Assembly: GCA_944324485.1 (NCBI GenBank)
Contig: CALUWM010000003.1
Location: 3,612 to 67,611 of the forward strand
Direction: 5' to 3'
DNA length: 64,000 nt
Source: Candidatus Gastranaerophilales bacterium
Lineage (GTDB): Bacteria > Cyanobacteriota > Vampirovibrionia > Gastranaerophilales > Gastranaerophilaceae
Under the pieces are notes generated by a model that was given only the letters and a program-made list of their open reading frames with translations, was not told where the DNA came from and did no database searches. Each line of letters begins with the position of its first letter. Position 1 is the stretch's first letter. Shown here one piece after another: positions 53,425 to 62,593 of this stretch. The position numbers and the translations under genes are program-made.

Positions 53425-53489
53425 TATTATCTCCTCATCTAAAATTCATTTATATATAAATTTTACTATAAACATGATAAAATCAATTT

Positions 53490-54824
53490 ATGGAAAATAA
53501 TTTTGATACAATTGTTGCAATAGCAACTCCGATGGCGCAAAGCGCTATTGGAATAATTCGTGTTTCAGGCGAGAGTGCATATAGTGTTGTCCAATCAATA
53601 TTTTCAAAAAAAATTACCCCAAAAATCATAAATCATGGCTATATTGTTAACGATTCAAAAAAAATTGATGAAGTTATTGTTTTGCCATTCCTTGCACCAC
53701 ATAGTTTTACAGGTGAGGATGTCATTGAAATACAAACACATGGCTCCATTTCGATAATCAATACTATTTTAGAACTGATTTTATCAAAAGGCGTAAGAAT
53801 GGCTCAAAGAGGTGAGTTTACAAAAAGAGCCTTTTTAAATCATAGAATTGACTTATCTCAAGCAGAAGCAATAAACGAAATTATTACTTCAAAAAATTCT
53901 AAATCGGCTGAAACAGCGCTAAATAATCTTGAAGGATATTTAAAAAAACAAATTAATATTATAAAAAGTGATTTAACAGATTTATATTCAAAAATTATAG
54001 CATCTATTGATTTTCCTGAAGATGTCAATGAAATTGAATCAAATTATGTCGTCTCGATATGTAACGATAATATTCACAAAATCGAAAAGATTTTAAATAA
54101 CTCAGTAAGTCACGATTTTATAAGGGATGGAATAAATGCATGTTTAATAGGAAAACCAAACGTAGGGAAAAGTTCTTTGTTTAATTCTCTTTTAAATTAT
54201 ACAAGAGCCATAGTTACACCTATTGAAGGCACAACAAGGGATACAATAAAAGAAACAATTAACCTTAATGGCTATATGGTAAATTTCTCTGATACTGCAG
54301 GAATTAGAGATGAACTAGAAGCAGATTTTGTTGAAAAAATAGGAATTGAAAATTCAATTAAAGCTATTGAAAATTCAAATATTGTTTTATTCTTGTTTGA
54401 AAATAATCCTGATGAAATAGAAAAAAACTTATTTGAAAAAGCAAAGAATAAAGAAATAATACTTGTAAAAACAAAATCTGATATTTCAAGATTTAATCAA
54501 AATAATTTAAGATATGATTTTGTTGAAATAAGCTCATTAACAGGATTTGGCATTGATAAATTAAAGGAAGTTATTTATAAGAAAATTATTAAATTCATTC
54601 CTGATGATATTAGCTATACTGCAAATAAAAGACAGCAATTTTGTCTGAATAATGCTAAAAAATCCCTAGTAAATGTTATGAAAACAGCTGAATTTAATTG
54701 TGAAGCCGATTTATTTGCTATGGATTTAAAAAGCGCCATTATTGCTTTAGACGAAATAACAGGAGAAGTATTTACAGATACGATTTTAGATGATATTTTT
54801 AGTAATTTTTGTATAGGAAAATAG
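53490..54824 (+). CDS. mnmE: tRNA modification GTPase
   Basis: GIIRVSG, GKPNVGKSSLFN, DTAGIR and the C-terminal FCIGK. Confidence 0.95.
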   Translation: MENNFDTIVAIATPMAQSAIGIIRVSGESAYSVVQSIFSKKITPKIINHGYIVNDSKKIDEVIVLPFLAPHSFTGEDVIEIQTHGSISIINTILELILSKGVRMAQRGEFTKRAFLNHRIDLSQAEAINEIITSKNSKSAETALNNLEGYLKKQINIIKSDLTDLYSKIIASIDFPEDVNEIESNYVVSICNDNIHKIEKILNNSVSHDFIRDGINACLIGKPNVGKSSLFNSLLNYTRAIVTPIEGTTRDTIKETINLNGYMVNFSDTAGIRDELEADFVEKIGIENSIKAIENSNIVLFLFENNPDEIEKNLFEKAKNKEIILVKTKSDISRFNQNNLRYDFVEISSLTGFGIDKLKEVIYKKIIKFIPDDISYTANKRQQFCLNNAKKSLVNVMKTAEFNCEADLFAMDLKSAIIALDEITGEVFTDTILDDIFSNFCIGK

Positions 54825-54825
54825 T

Positions 54826-56133
54826 CTAATTTTTGCTCAATTTTGCAATATAATTTGCAACACCTTCACCCATAGACATGCAACTTTTTTGTACTCTAAG
54901 TGCGCTATGAGCAGAAAAATCCACTCCAATTGGCTTTCCTATAATAAATAAGTTGTCAAAATTGTAACTAATCAAGCTTTCAACGGGCAGTTCATATGAA
55001 TTTGAAACTTGTATCATAGATGAATTTTTATCATCAGAATGAATATCTATACCATAATTAGCTTTTAAAACAGTATTACTGAATTTTTTACCAGATAACA
55101 GGTCGTCTTTTGTGTAGTAGTATTTTGTTTTTATACGATTTTGTTCTCGAATACCTGTTTGCGATGCAATATTGGAAAGTTGAGAGTTTTCAAAACCGGG
55201 GAACTCTGATTTAACAAAATTATAAATACGCCAAATTGCCTTTTTGGCATTTATAAGCTCAATTGAAGCCATAAATGGGTTATCTTTATAATTTGTAAAT
55301 CTTGGACAATTAAAAGCGACCTTATTTACAGAACCCGCAACTGAAAATAATTGAAAGTAAGCTCTGTCTTCTTCAAACAAAAGTCCTTTTTGAACTCCAC
55401 TCTTTAGGAATTTATCTAATTTCCATACTTTAGACTCATTCCAAGTTGATGCAGTAGTAAAACTCAAAATATTATTTGTATTTATATCGTTTCGATAGGT
55501 ATTGGTAATATCTTCATCATCACTAAGAGAATATAAGAAATTTTCAAACTTATCAAAATCAACATTATCTAAAATAAACCTAAGTGAACTTTGTTGAGTG
55601 TTGGTTGAGTCGTTTAAAATTTCGCAACCTGAAAGTATGGAAAACTCACCACAACCTGTTGCATCAATATAATATTTCGAAACGATTGGTAACGATAACA
55701 AATTTGAGCATATAACGATTTCATTAATAAAATTGTTTTCAGTTTTTGAATTTATTACAGTTGTTTCTAGTAATATATCAAGGTTCTTTTTAATATCGGG
55801 TTTAGTTAAAATCTCTTCTAAAACTATTTTTAATATTTCAGGATTAAACCAGCCATCATTACCATCTTTATATGTAATTTGTGCATTGAATTTTTTTGCA
55901 GTATCAACAAGTAAATTATAATAATTGCAGTTTAAATTACAAGTTGATGAATTCATAACAGGAACAACAAGCCCGCCTGTCATTAATCCGCCTAAAAAGT
56001 TATTTTTTTCAATAAGTAAAGTTGTAAGTCCTAAATTTGCGCAATTATATGCGCATGCACAACCAGCAGTACCCCCGCCAACAATCACTACATCATATTT
56101 TTTATTATTTATCATAATTAAATTATAAATCAA
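54826..56133 (-). CDS. FAD-dependent oxidoreductase (function unknown)
   Basis: YDVVIVGGGTAGCA dinucleotide fold followed by LIEKNNFLGGLMT. Confidence 0.7.
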   Translation of the reverse strand: MIYNLIMINNKKYDVVIVGGGTAGCACAYNCANLGLTTLLIEKNNFLGGLMTGGLVVPVMNSSTCNLNCNYYNLLVDTAKKFNAQITYKDGNDGWFNPEILKIVLEEILTKPDIKKNLDILLETTVINSKTENNFINEIVICSNLLSLPIVSKYYIDATGCGEFSILSGCEILNDSTNTQQSSLRFILDNVDFDKFENFLYSLSDDEDITNTYRNDINTNNILSFTTASTWNESKVWKLDKFLKSGVQKGLLFEEDRAYFQLFSVAGSVNKVAFNCPRFTNYKDNPFMASIELINAKKAIWRIYNFVKSEFPGFENSQLSNIASQTGIREQNRIKTKYYYTKDDLLSGKKFSNTVLKANYGIDIHSDDKNSSMIQVSNSYELPVESLISYNFDNLFIIGKPIGVDFSAHSALRVQKSCMSMGEGVANYIAKLSKN

Positions 56134-56442
56134 ATTTCATTAATATACCAGATATTTTAAAGTTCTTGTTTATAAAGTATTTTAGTATCATATTAAAACG
56201 TTACGATTGGTTATGATAATGTATATTATGTAACCAGATATGATAGCTAAATATTAAGTACAAGAATAACATAATTTTACATAAACTGCCTTAAAATTGA
56301 TTGTGGAAGCTAGTATAATTTCACTATATTATAATTTTTCAAATAAAACTCATTTTAATAACACTACCTTGGTTTATATATGATTACAATGAATAAAGTT
56401 ATGAAATTTGATAAATTGTAGCGTAAACTAAGGAGATATTAA

Positions 56443-57135
56443 ATGGAAAATACAATTTCAAATACTAAAAATAATGATAAAGTAAGGCTTATGTTGGTTG
56501 ACGACCATAAATTATTCAGGTGTGGTATAAAATCGTTATTTGACTCATCAAGCAATGTGTGTGTAATTGCAGAAGCATCAAACGGAAAAGAAGGCATAAG
56601 TAAAATTGTTGCTCAAAACCCTGATGTCGTATTACTTGATCTTGAGTTAGGCGATATAAACGGTCTTGACCTTATTGAAAAGGTTTTGTTGCAAAAACCG
56701 GATGTTAAATTTGTAATTTTAACTTCGCATATAAACGAACATGTGATAAATAAAGCAATGAAAATGGGAATTTACGGCTATATTTTAAAAGATATAAATG
56801 CGGAATTCTTAGATATGATAGTGAAATCCGTTTCGACAGGTGCAATGTGGATTGATAAAAAAGTTGTACAAATTTTGCGGGAATTAAATCCAAATGTCGT
56901 TCCGGCAACTCAAGTAAGCAGATCAAGTTTCAAATCAACACATGCAAATTTAACTGCACGTGAATACGAAGTTTTAAAACTCGTTGTAGATGGTAAATCA
57001 AATCAACAAATCGCAGCAGCACTGAATATTTCTGAACATACGTCAAAAGCACATGTGTGCAATATTATACAAAAGCTTGTTGTTGACGATAGAACTCAAG
57101 CTGCAGTTAAAGCAATTCGAGAAGGTATTGTATAA
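56443..57135 (+). CDS. NarL/LuxR-family response regulator
   Basis: Receiver domain (LMLVDDH, VVLLDLEL) plus a LuxR HTH (LTAREYEVLKLVVDGKSNQQIAAALNISEHTSKAHV). Confidence 0.9.
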   Translation: MENTISNTKNNDKVRLMLVDDHKLFRCGIKSLFDSSSNVCVIAEASNGKEGISKIVAQNPDVVLLDLELGDINGLDLIEKVLLQKPDVKFVILTSHINEHVINKAMKMGIYGYILKDINAEFLDMIVKSVSTGAMWIDKKVVQILRELNPNVVPATQVSRSSFKSTHANLTAREYEVLKLVVDGKSNQQIAAALNISEHTSKAHVCNIIQKLVVDDRTQAAVKAIREGIV

Positions 57136-57208
57136 TTTTATCAATACCAATCGATACGTTATAGTTAATAATATTATAGTTATCAATCGAATAGAAAGGA
57201 ATATTAAA

Positions 57209-57601
57209 ATGAAAGAATCTTTGACATTTGATACATCAAAAGCAAAAAATTTTTTTCTTGAACAAATCTCATATATTGCTAGCATATATGAACTCAAAAA
57301 CCTAATTGAAAATGATATTGAAAATATAAATATCATTGATGTTAGAAAATATGATGATTACATTGATGGTCATATTCCTTATGCAATACACATACCTTAT
57401 GATTCAATGGAAGAGCATTTAGTTATGCTCGAAAAAAACAAAGTAAATATAATATACTGTTATGATTACAATTGTAAACTTGGGTATAAGGCCGCTTATA
57501 AGGCTGCTGACAAAGGGTATCCAACAAAAGTGCTATTAGGTGGCTTTCATACATGGAAAAAAATGAATTATGAAGTCGTAAAAACCTCTGCTGAAGGTTA
57601 A
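57209..57601 (+). CDS. rhodanese-domain protein
   Basis: IIDVRKYDDYIDGHIP and the Cys loop IIYCYDYNCKLG. AAAGGA lies 8 nt upstream of ATG 57209; the ORF-track start 57053 overlaps the regulator gene. Confidence 0.78.
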   Translation: MKESLTFDTSKAKNFFLEQISYIASIYELKNLIENDIENINIIDVRKYDDYIDGHIPYAIHIPYDSMEEHLVMLEKNKVNIIYCYDYNCKLGYKAAYKAADKGYPTKVLLGGFHTWKKMNYEVVKTSAEG

Positions 57602-57705
57602 TTTAATTGTAAATTACCCTTTTGGAGTATATATCATATTGTTTATAAATAGTATAAAAGTAGTATTTCTATATTTGTAGAATATAGTATAATATTAATC
57701 GTAAT

Positions 57706-57728
57706 AAAAAAAAGCCCTGTTAGGGCTT
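57706..57728 (-). terminator. rho-independent terminator for the adhE-rex transcript
   Basis: Minus strand: AAGCCCT-AAC-AGGGCTT followed by a run of T. Confidence 0.8.
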
Positions 57729-57761
57729 CAAGATTTACTAACGATACAAGACTCATTATAT

Positions 57762-57799
57762 AACCGGCTTTGAAATTATATCAAATTCGGTTTTTTTTA
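57762..57799 (+). terminator. imperfect hairpin plus T8 on the plus strand
   Basis: AACCGGCTTTGA-AATTATA-TCAAATTCGGTT (one mismatch, one GU pair), then TTTTTTT. Confidence 0.45.
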
Positions 57800-57888
57800 C
57801 CCTTTATTTAGGGCGCATTATCTATGATAAATGAAAAAAAATTTTTTGCAACAAAATTTTTATAAAAAAATTAATTTTTCTTAATAAT

Positions 57889-58512
57889 CTATGAAATATT
57901 CTCTATGGCACAAAATTGCAAAAAGCTACCAATTAAGTTCTCATGCCATACATGGATATCCTCAGGAACACATAGTATTGTTGGAGCAAAATTCCATATA
58001 TATTTTATACCTGACTCTACCAAAAAATCCGCAACTTCTTGCGCTACCTTATTAGGAGTAGTTAAAATAGCAATGTTGATTTTAGATTCATTAATATGCT
58101 TTTTTATTTGATCGAGGCTATAAATTTCTTTTCCGTCAACTTTTTTGCCTATTTTTGTTTTATCAACATCAAATAATGCGCATATTTCTAAACCATAGTC
58201 GTTAAACTTAGAATATTTAGCTAAAGCGCATCCTAAATTTCCTGCACCGATAACATAAGCTCTTTTTATTATCTTATAATCAAGGACGGACTCAATAATG
58301 TTTTTAAGCTCAATTACACTATATCCGACCTTACATTTACCTTTACAGTTAATGTTTTTTATATCTTTTCTAACTTGAGTTTCGTCAATTTCCAAAAGGC
58401 TTGAAATTTGAGAAGAAGTAATATTTTTAATATCTTTTCTACAATAATCTCTTAATATCGTATGATATTGTGTTAAACGCACTATTGCACGTTGCGATAA
58501 ATTATTTTTCAT
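57889..58512 (-). CDS. rex: redox-sensing transcriptional repressor Rex
   Basis: RLTQYHTIL winged helix, IGAGNLG Rossmann fold and NFAP. ATG 58512 is preferred because the longer ORF would run through the adhE terminator. Confidence 0.9.
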   Translation of the reverse strand: MKNNLSQRAIVRLTQYHTILRDYCRKDIKNITSSQISSLLEIDETQVRKDIKNINCKGKCKVGYSVIELKNIIESVLDYKIIKRAYVIGAGNLGCALAKYSKFNDYGLEICALFDVDKTKIGKKVDGKEIYSLDQIKKHINESKINIAILTTPNKVAQEVADFLVESGIKYIWNFAPTILCVPEDIHVWHENLIGSFLQFCAIENIS

Positions 58513-58524
58513 AAACTTTACTCT

Positions 58525-58550
58525 AAAAAATCGGGGCAAAATGCCCCGAT
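58525..58550 (-). terminator. rho-independent terminator/attenuator between adhE and rex
   Basis: Minus strand: ATCGGGGCA-TTT-TGCCCCGAT then TTTTT. It ends 13 nt before the rex ATG. Confidence 0.8.
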
Positions 58551-58565
58551 TAAGTTTGCAATTAA

Positions 58566-61190
58566 TTAAACTACGCCATTAAACGCATCGATATAAAGTT
58601 GCTTCATGTCTTCCATAATAGGATAAACAGGGTTAGCACCCGTACATTGATCGTCAAATGCCAATTCAACCATTTCATCTAATTTTGCATAGAAATCTTC
58701 TTCTGATACTCCAAAGTCTTTGATTGATCTTGGAAGTTCAATATCAGCCATTAAATTATCTATTGCATTTAAAAGAAGTTGTGTTTTTTCTTCATTGGTA
58801 TTTCCGCCAAGTTTTAACTCATCAGCGATTTGAGCATATCTTTCAATCGCACATGGGTATTTATATTGAGGGAAAGTAGCTTGTTTTTTAGGACAATCAG
58901 TTGCATTGTATTTGATTACTTGTCTAATTAATAGAGCATTAGCTACACCGTGCGGAATATGGAACATAGCACCCAATTTGTGTGCCATTGAGTGACAAAG
59001 TCCAAGGAATGAATTTGCAAAAGCCATAGCAGCAATTGTAGCAGCATAGTGCATTTTTTCTCTTGCTATCGGATCATTTGCACCTTCGTGATATGAACGG
59101 CTCAAATATTTAAATACTAATTTAACAGCTTCAAGTGCATTTGAATTAGTAAAGTTTGTAGCCATACAAGAAACATAAGCTTCAATAGCATGAACTAACG
59201 CATCGATACCAGATGCAGAAGTTAATCCCTTTGGCATTCCGTCAACAAAGTTTGGATCAACTATTGCCATAGAAGGAGTTAAAGCATAATCAGCTATCGC
59301 ATATTTTACGCCTGTTTTATCATCTGTAATAATAGAGAAAGGTGTAACTTCCGAACCAGTACCGGATGTTGTTGGAATAGCAACCATAAGAGCCTTTTTA
59401 CCAAGTTCAGGAAGTTGACATATTCTTTTTCTGATATCCATAAATCTCATTGCGATATCTTCAAATACTGTATCTGGTTGTTCATATTTTAACCATAAAA
59501 TCTTAGCAGCATCCATCGGTGAACCACCGCCAAGTGCAATAATTACATCGGGTTCAAATGGTTTCATAATTGCATAAGCATCTTCAATGGTTGAAAGCGT
59601 AGGATCAGGTTTAACATCAAAGAATATTTCATGATCAATTCCGATTTCATCCAAAACCTTAGTAATTTTTTCAGCTGCGCCGGAATTAAATAAAAATCTA
59701 TCAGTTACTATGAATGCTTTTTTTCTGCCTTGTAATTCACGTAAAGCTAAATCAGTCGCACCACGTTTGAAGTAAACTTTTTGAGGAACCTTAAACCAAA
59801 GCATATTTTCTCTCCTTTCAGCAACACGTTTGTAGTTTAAGAGGTTTTCAACTCCAACATTTCCAGAAACAGAGTTTTTACCCCATGAACCGCATCCAAG
59901 AGTTAATGACGGTTCCATACGGAAGTTATATAAATCACCTATACCGCCTTGGCTTGATGGTTGGTTTATAAGAACTCTGCAAGAAGGCATTTTTTGCGCA
60001 TAAGCATTAATTCTGTCGCTTTTTCTTTCATCTGTATATAAAACAGAAGTATGTCCGGCACCGCCTTTTGAAACAAGAGTGTATGCCATTTCAGCAGCAT
60101 GTTCAAATGTATCTGCTTTGTACATAGCTAAAATTGGAGATAATTTTTCTCTGGAGAATGGATCATCCCAATTTACTTCCGGTCTTTGAGCTAATAATAC
60201 TTTTGCATTTTCAGGTACATCAAAGCCTGCAAGTTTAGCAATTGTATGAGCGCTTTGACCAACTATTTTTGGATGTGCAGTGCCTCTTGCAGGATCTATA
60301 AATCCAAAATCAATCAATTTTTGCATTTCGCTGTCGCTCAATATATGTGCACCTCTATATGCAAATTCTTTTTTAACTTCTTCATAAATACTATCTATCA
60401 CTATAACAGATTGTTCAGAAGCACATATCATACCATTATCAAATGTTTTAGACATCAATATTGATGATACAGCCATTTTAATATCTGCAGTTTCATCAAT
60501 CACAGCAGATGTATTTCCGGGACCAACACCTAATGCAGGATTTCCAGAAGAATAAGCTGCTGTAACCATGCCAGGTCCGCCTGTTGCTAAAATGCAGGAG
60601 ATTTTTTTATGTTTCATTAATTGTCCCGACAATTCAATAGAAGGAACATCAATCCAACCTATAATATCTTTTGGAGCACCCGCTTTAACAGCAGCATCAA
60701 GAACTATTTTTGCAGCTTCGATAGTACATTTTTTAGCTCTTGGGTGAGGTGAAAATATAATACCATTTCTTGTTTTTAGAGCAATTAAAGATTTAAATAT
60801 AGCAGTTGAAGTTGGGTTAGTAGTTGGAACAACGCCAGCAAGCACACCTAATGGTTCAGCTACAATTTTTATTCCGTTGGGTTTATCTTCTTCAATTACA
60901 CCACAAGTTTTAGTATTCTTGTGTTTATTATAGATATATTCAGATGCGTAGTGGTTTTTAATAATTTTATCCTCTACAACACCCATTCCGGTTTCTTCGT
61001 GTGCCATTTTTGCTAATGGAATACGAGCTTTGTCTGCTGCTGTTGCAGCTGCTTTAAAAATTTTGTCTACTTGTTCTTGAGAAAAAGTAGCAAATTCTTT
61101 TTGTGCAGCAACAACTCTGTCAATAAGAGCTTCAAGTTGTTCAGCAGTTTCAACTGTTTCGCTCATTTTGATTTCTTCAGTAGTTGTCAT
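58566..61190 (-). CDS. adhE: bifunctional acetaldehyde-CoA/alcohol dehydrogenase
   Basis: 874 aa with an N-terminal ALDH domain (catalytic-Cys block NGMICASEQS) and a C-terminal iron-ADH domain (GGGSPMDAAK). AAGGAG lies 7 nt upstream of the ATG. Confidence 0.96.
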   Translation of the reverse strand: MTTTEEIKMSETVETAEQLEALIDRVVAAQKEFATFSQEQVDKIFKAAATAADKARIPLAKMAHEETGMGVVEDKIIKNHYASEYIYNKHKNTKTCGVIEEDKPNGIKIVAEPLGVLAGVVPTTNPTSTAIFKSLIALKTRNGIIFSPHPRAKKCTIEAAKIVLDAAVKAGAPKDIIGWIDVPSIELSGQLMKHKKISCILATGGPGMVTAAYSSGNPALGVGPGNTSAVIDETADIKMAVSSILMSKTFDNGMICASEQSVIVIDSIYEEVKKEFAYRGAHILSDSEMQKLIDFGFIDPARGTAHPKIVGQSAHTIAKLAGFDVPENAKVLLAQRPEVNWDDPFSREKLSPILAMYKADTFEHAAEMAYTLVSKGGAGHTSVLYTDERKSDRINAYAQKMPSCRVLINQPSSQGGIGDLYNFRMEPSLTLGCGSWGKNSVSGNVGVENLLNYKRVAERRENMLWFKVPQKVYFKRGATDLALRELQGRKKAFIVTDRFLFNSGAAEKITKVLDEIGIDHEIFFDVKPDPTLSTIEDAYAIMKPFEPDVIIALGGGSPMDAAKILWLKYEQPDTVFEDIAMRFMDIRKRICQLPELGKKALMVAIPTTSGTGSEVTPFSIITDDKTGVKYAIADYALTPSMAIVDPNFVDGMPKGLTSASGIDALVHAIEAYVSCMATNFTNSNALEAVKLVFKYLSRSYHEGANDPIAREKMHYAATIAAMAFANSFLGLCHSMAHKLGAMFHIPHGVANALLIRQVIKYNATDCPKKQATFPQYKYPCAIERYAQIADELKLGGNTNEEKTQLLLNAIDNLMADIELPRSIKDFGVSEEDFYAKLDEMVELAFDDQCTGANPVYPIMEDMKQLYIDAFNGVV

Positions 61191-61227
61191 ATAATTTCTC
61201 CTTTTCGTGAAAAAAATCTCTATTTAA

Positions 61228-61255
61228 ATAGTACTACATAATCAATAAATGTCAA
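61228..61255 (-). promoter_or_regulatory. candidate sigma-70-type promoter of adhE
   Basis: Minus strand: TTGACA, 16 nt, TACTAT, about 30 nt upstream of the adhE SD. -10-like hexamers are common in AT-rich DNA. Confidence 0.35.
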
Positions 61256-61300
61256 GATTACACTTTATTTTATTTTAAATGAAGCCTTGATAGAGATTTT

Positions 61301-61594
61301 ATGTATGATAAAATGAATAAAAAGGAATTATTTATGAATATAAATAAAATTGATAATAATTTATACAAATCTTCTCTTCATTCTGCAATAGTTGGCGGTG
61401 TATTTGGTGCTGTTGTACAGGGTGCATCTTCTTTAAGATTTTATGCTAAGAATAAAGATATTATTGATTTTTCCTTTAAAAATGTAGCTTCTTCCACTGC
61501 AAAAAACGCCGGTTACTGTGCTTTATTAAGCGGAATATTAACATTTAGTTTTAATTATTTTTCAAACATATTCAGAAAGAAAAATGAAATATAA
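61301..61594 (+). CDS. small hypothetical membrane protein
   Basis: The likely start is ATG 61334 (AAGGA 7 nt upstream), giving 86 aa. Two Gly/Ala-rich hydrophobic segments. The 3' end overlaps the next ORF by 11 nt. Confidence 0.5.
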   Translation: MYDKMNKKELFMNINKIDNNLYKSSLHSAIVGGVFGAVVQGASSLRFYAKNKDIIDFSFKNVASSTAKNAGYCALLSGILTFSFNYFSNIFRKKNEI

Positions 61595-62570
61595 AAAAAT
61601 CCCAAAAGACTATTTTACAACAATTTTAGATAGGCTCACAAGATTTGAACCGGCATATATTAGATATAGCAGAGTAATTAACGATATAATAAACAAATTT
61701 TATTTGGAAAATCACAAAAACAACTTAGACATAAACGAAAAAATTAATATTTCATGTCAAATATTCAATAATTCCTTACAAAGTGGTACTGATTCTAATT
61801 ATTTAAATGAACTTTTTATTAACCTTGAAGATAAGTATTTCATGAAAAATGAATTATCTTATCAATACCTATCAACTCGATTTAATATTAACCAAATGAT
61901 TAATGAAATTGAATATAATAACAAATTACCTCAAAATTTGATTTGGCTTAAATCAATAGTTGATTCAAAAGAAGATATTTTTAAATTGAGAGAAAAAAAA
62001 TCTTTATTGTATCCAATTGAAAAAATAATACTTTGCGAAGGTCAAACCGAAGAATTACTTCTGGAAACAGTATGCAAACTGTTTGATTTAGATTTTAAAA
62101 AATCCGGAATTAAGGTTATTTCTGCTGGTGGCAAAAACCAAGTTGCAAGAAAGTTTTACCAAATGATTGAATATACTAAACTCCCATTTTTTGTATTATT
62201 AGATAAAGATGCAATTAAAATCCATGACATAATAAAACCAAAATTAAGGCCGATAGATTCACTATATATAATTAATTCAGGTGAGTTTGAAGATTTGTTT
62301 CCTAATGAAATTTTATTAAATGCTATAAATTCAATCCACACTAATGATTTTCAATGTATTTTAAATGATTTTGATTGTGATGTGTCTATGGTAAATAATC
62401 TTGAAAATATTTATAAAAAATATGGTTTTGGCGACTTTAAAAAAGCTGAATTTGCAAGACTACTAGCAAAATATATTGAAAAAAATAACTGTTACGACAC
62501 TTTGCATAAAAGCGAATTTTATAATATCGTAAAAACAATGAATAGTAATTCCATTTCCTTTACATCCTGA
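61584..62570 (+). CDS. TOPRIM-domain protein (OLD/RloB-like nuclease domain) without an ATPase domain
   Basis: Ordered motifs IILCEGQTEE, ISAGGKNQ, FFVLLDKDA (DxD) and SGEFEDLFP in the C-terminal half. The N-terminal 150 aa is unassigned. No Walker A. Confidence 0.55.
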   Translation: MKYKKIPKDYFTTILDRLTRFEPAYIRYSRVINDIINKFYLENHKNNLDINEKINISCQIFNNSLQSGTDSNYLNELFINLEDKYFMKNELSYQYLSTRFNINQMINEIEYNNKLPQNLIWLKSIVDSKEDIFKLREKKSLLYPIEKIILCEGQTEELLLETVCKLFDLDFKKSGIKVISAGGKNQVARKFYQMIEYTKLPFFVLLDKDAIKIHDIIKPKLRPIDSLYIINSGEFEDLFPNEILLNAINSIHTNDFQCILNDFDCDVSMVNNLENIYKKYGFGDFKKAEFARLLAKYIEKNNCYDTLHKSEFYNIVKTMNSNSISFTS

Positions 62571-62572
62571 GA

Positions 62573-62593
62573 AAAACAATTTAAAATTGTTTT
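62573..62593. repeat. 21-bp AT-only palindrome filling the intergenic gap
   Basis: AAAACAATTT-A-AAATTGTTTT, ending directly at ATG 62594. Confidence 0.85.

Noticed and set aside
53425-53489. Possible oriC near the yidC/mnmE divergent gap.
   Set aside because: I found no cluster of DnaA boxes (TTATCCACA-like) here or in the other long gaps, and no dnaA, dnaN, rpmH or rnpA nearby.
56380-56421. 13-codon ORF (MITMNKVMKFDKL) in the response-regulator leader. Similar mini-ORFs are at 57824-57865 and 63561-63638.
   Set aside because: No SD or other support. Short ORFs of this size are expected by chance.
57053-57208. N-terminal extension of the rhodanese ORF that overlaps the response-regulator 3' end.
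   Set aside because: An internal ATG at 57209 has a good SD (AAAGGA). The extension has no rhodanese-like sequence.
61191-61300. Search for a Rex operator (TTGTGAA-N4-TTCACAA) upstream of adhE.
   Set aside because: Only a half-site-like TTCACGAA (minus strand, complement of 61203-61210) is present. The expected partner half matches 4 of 7 positions.
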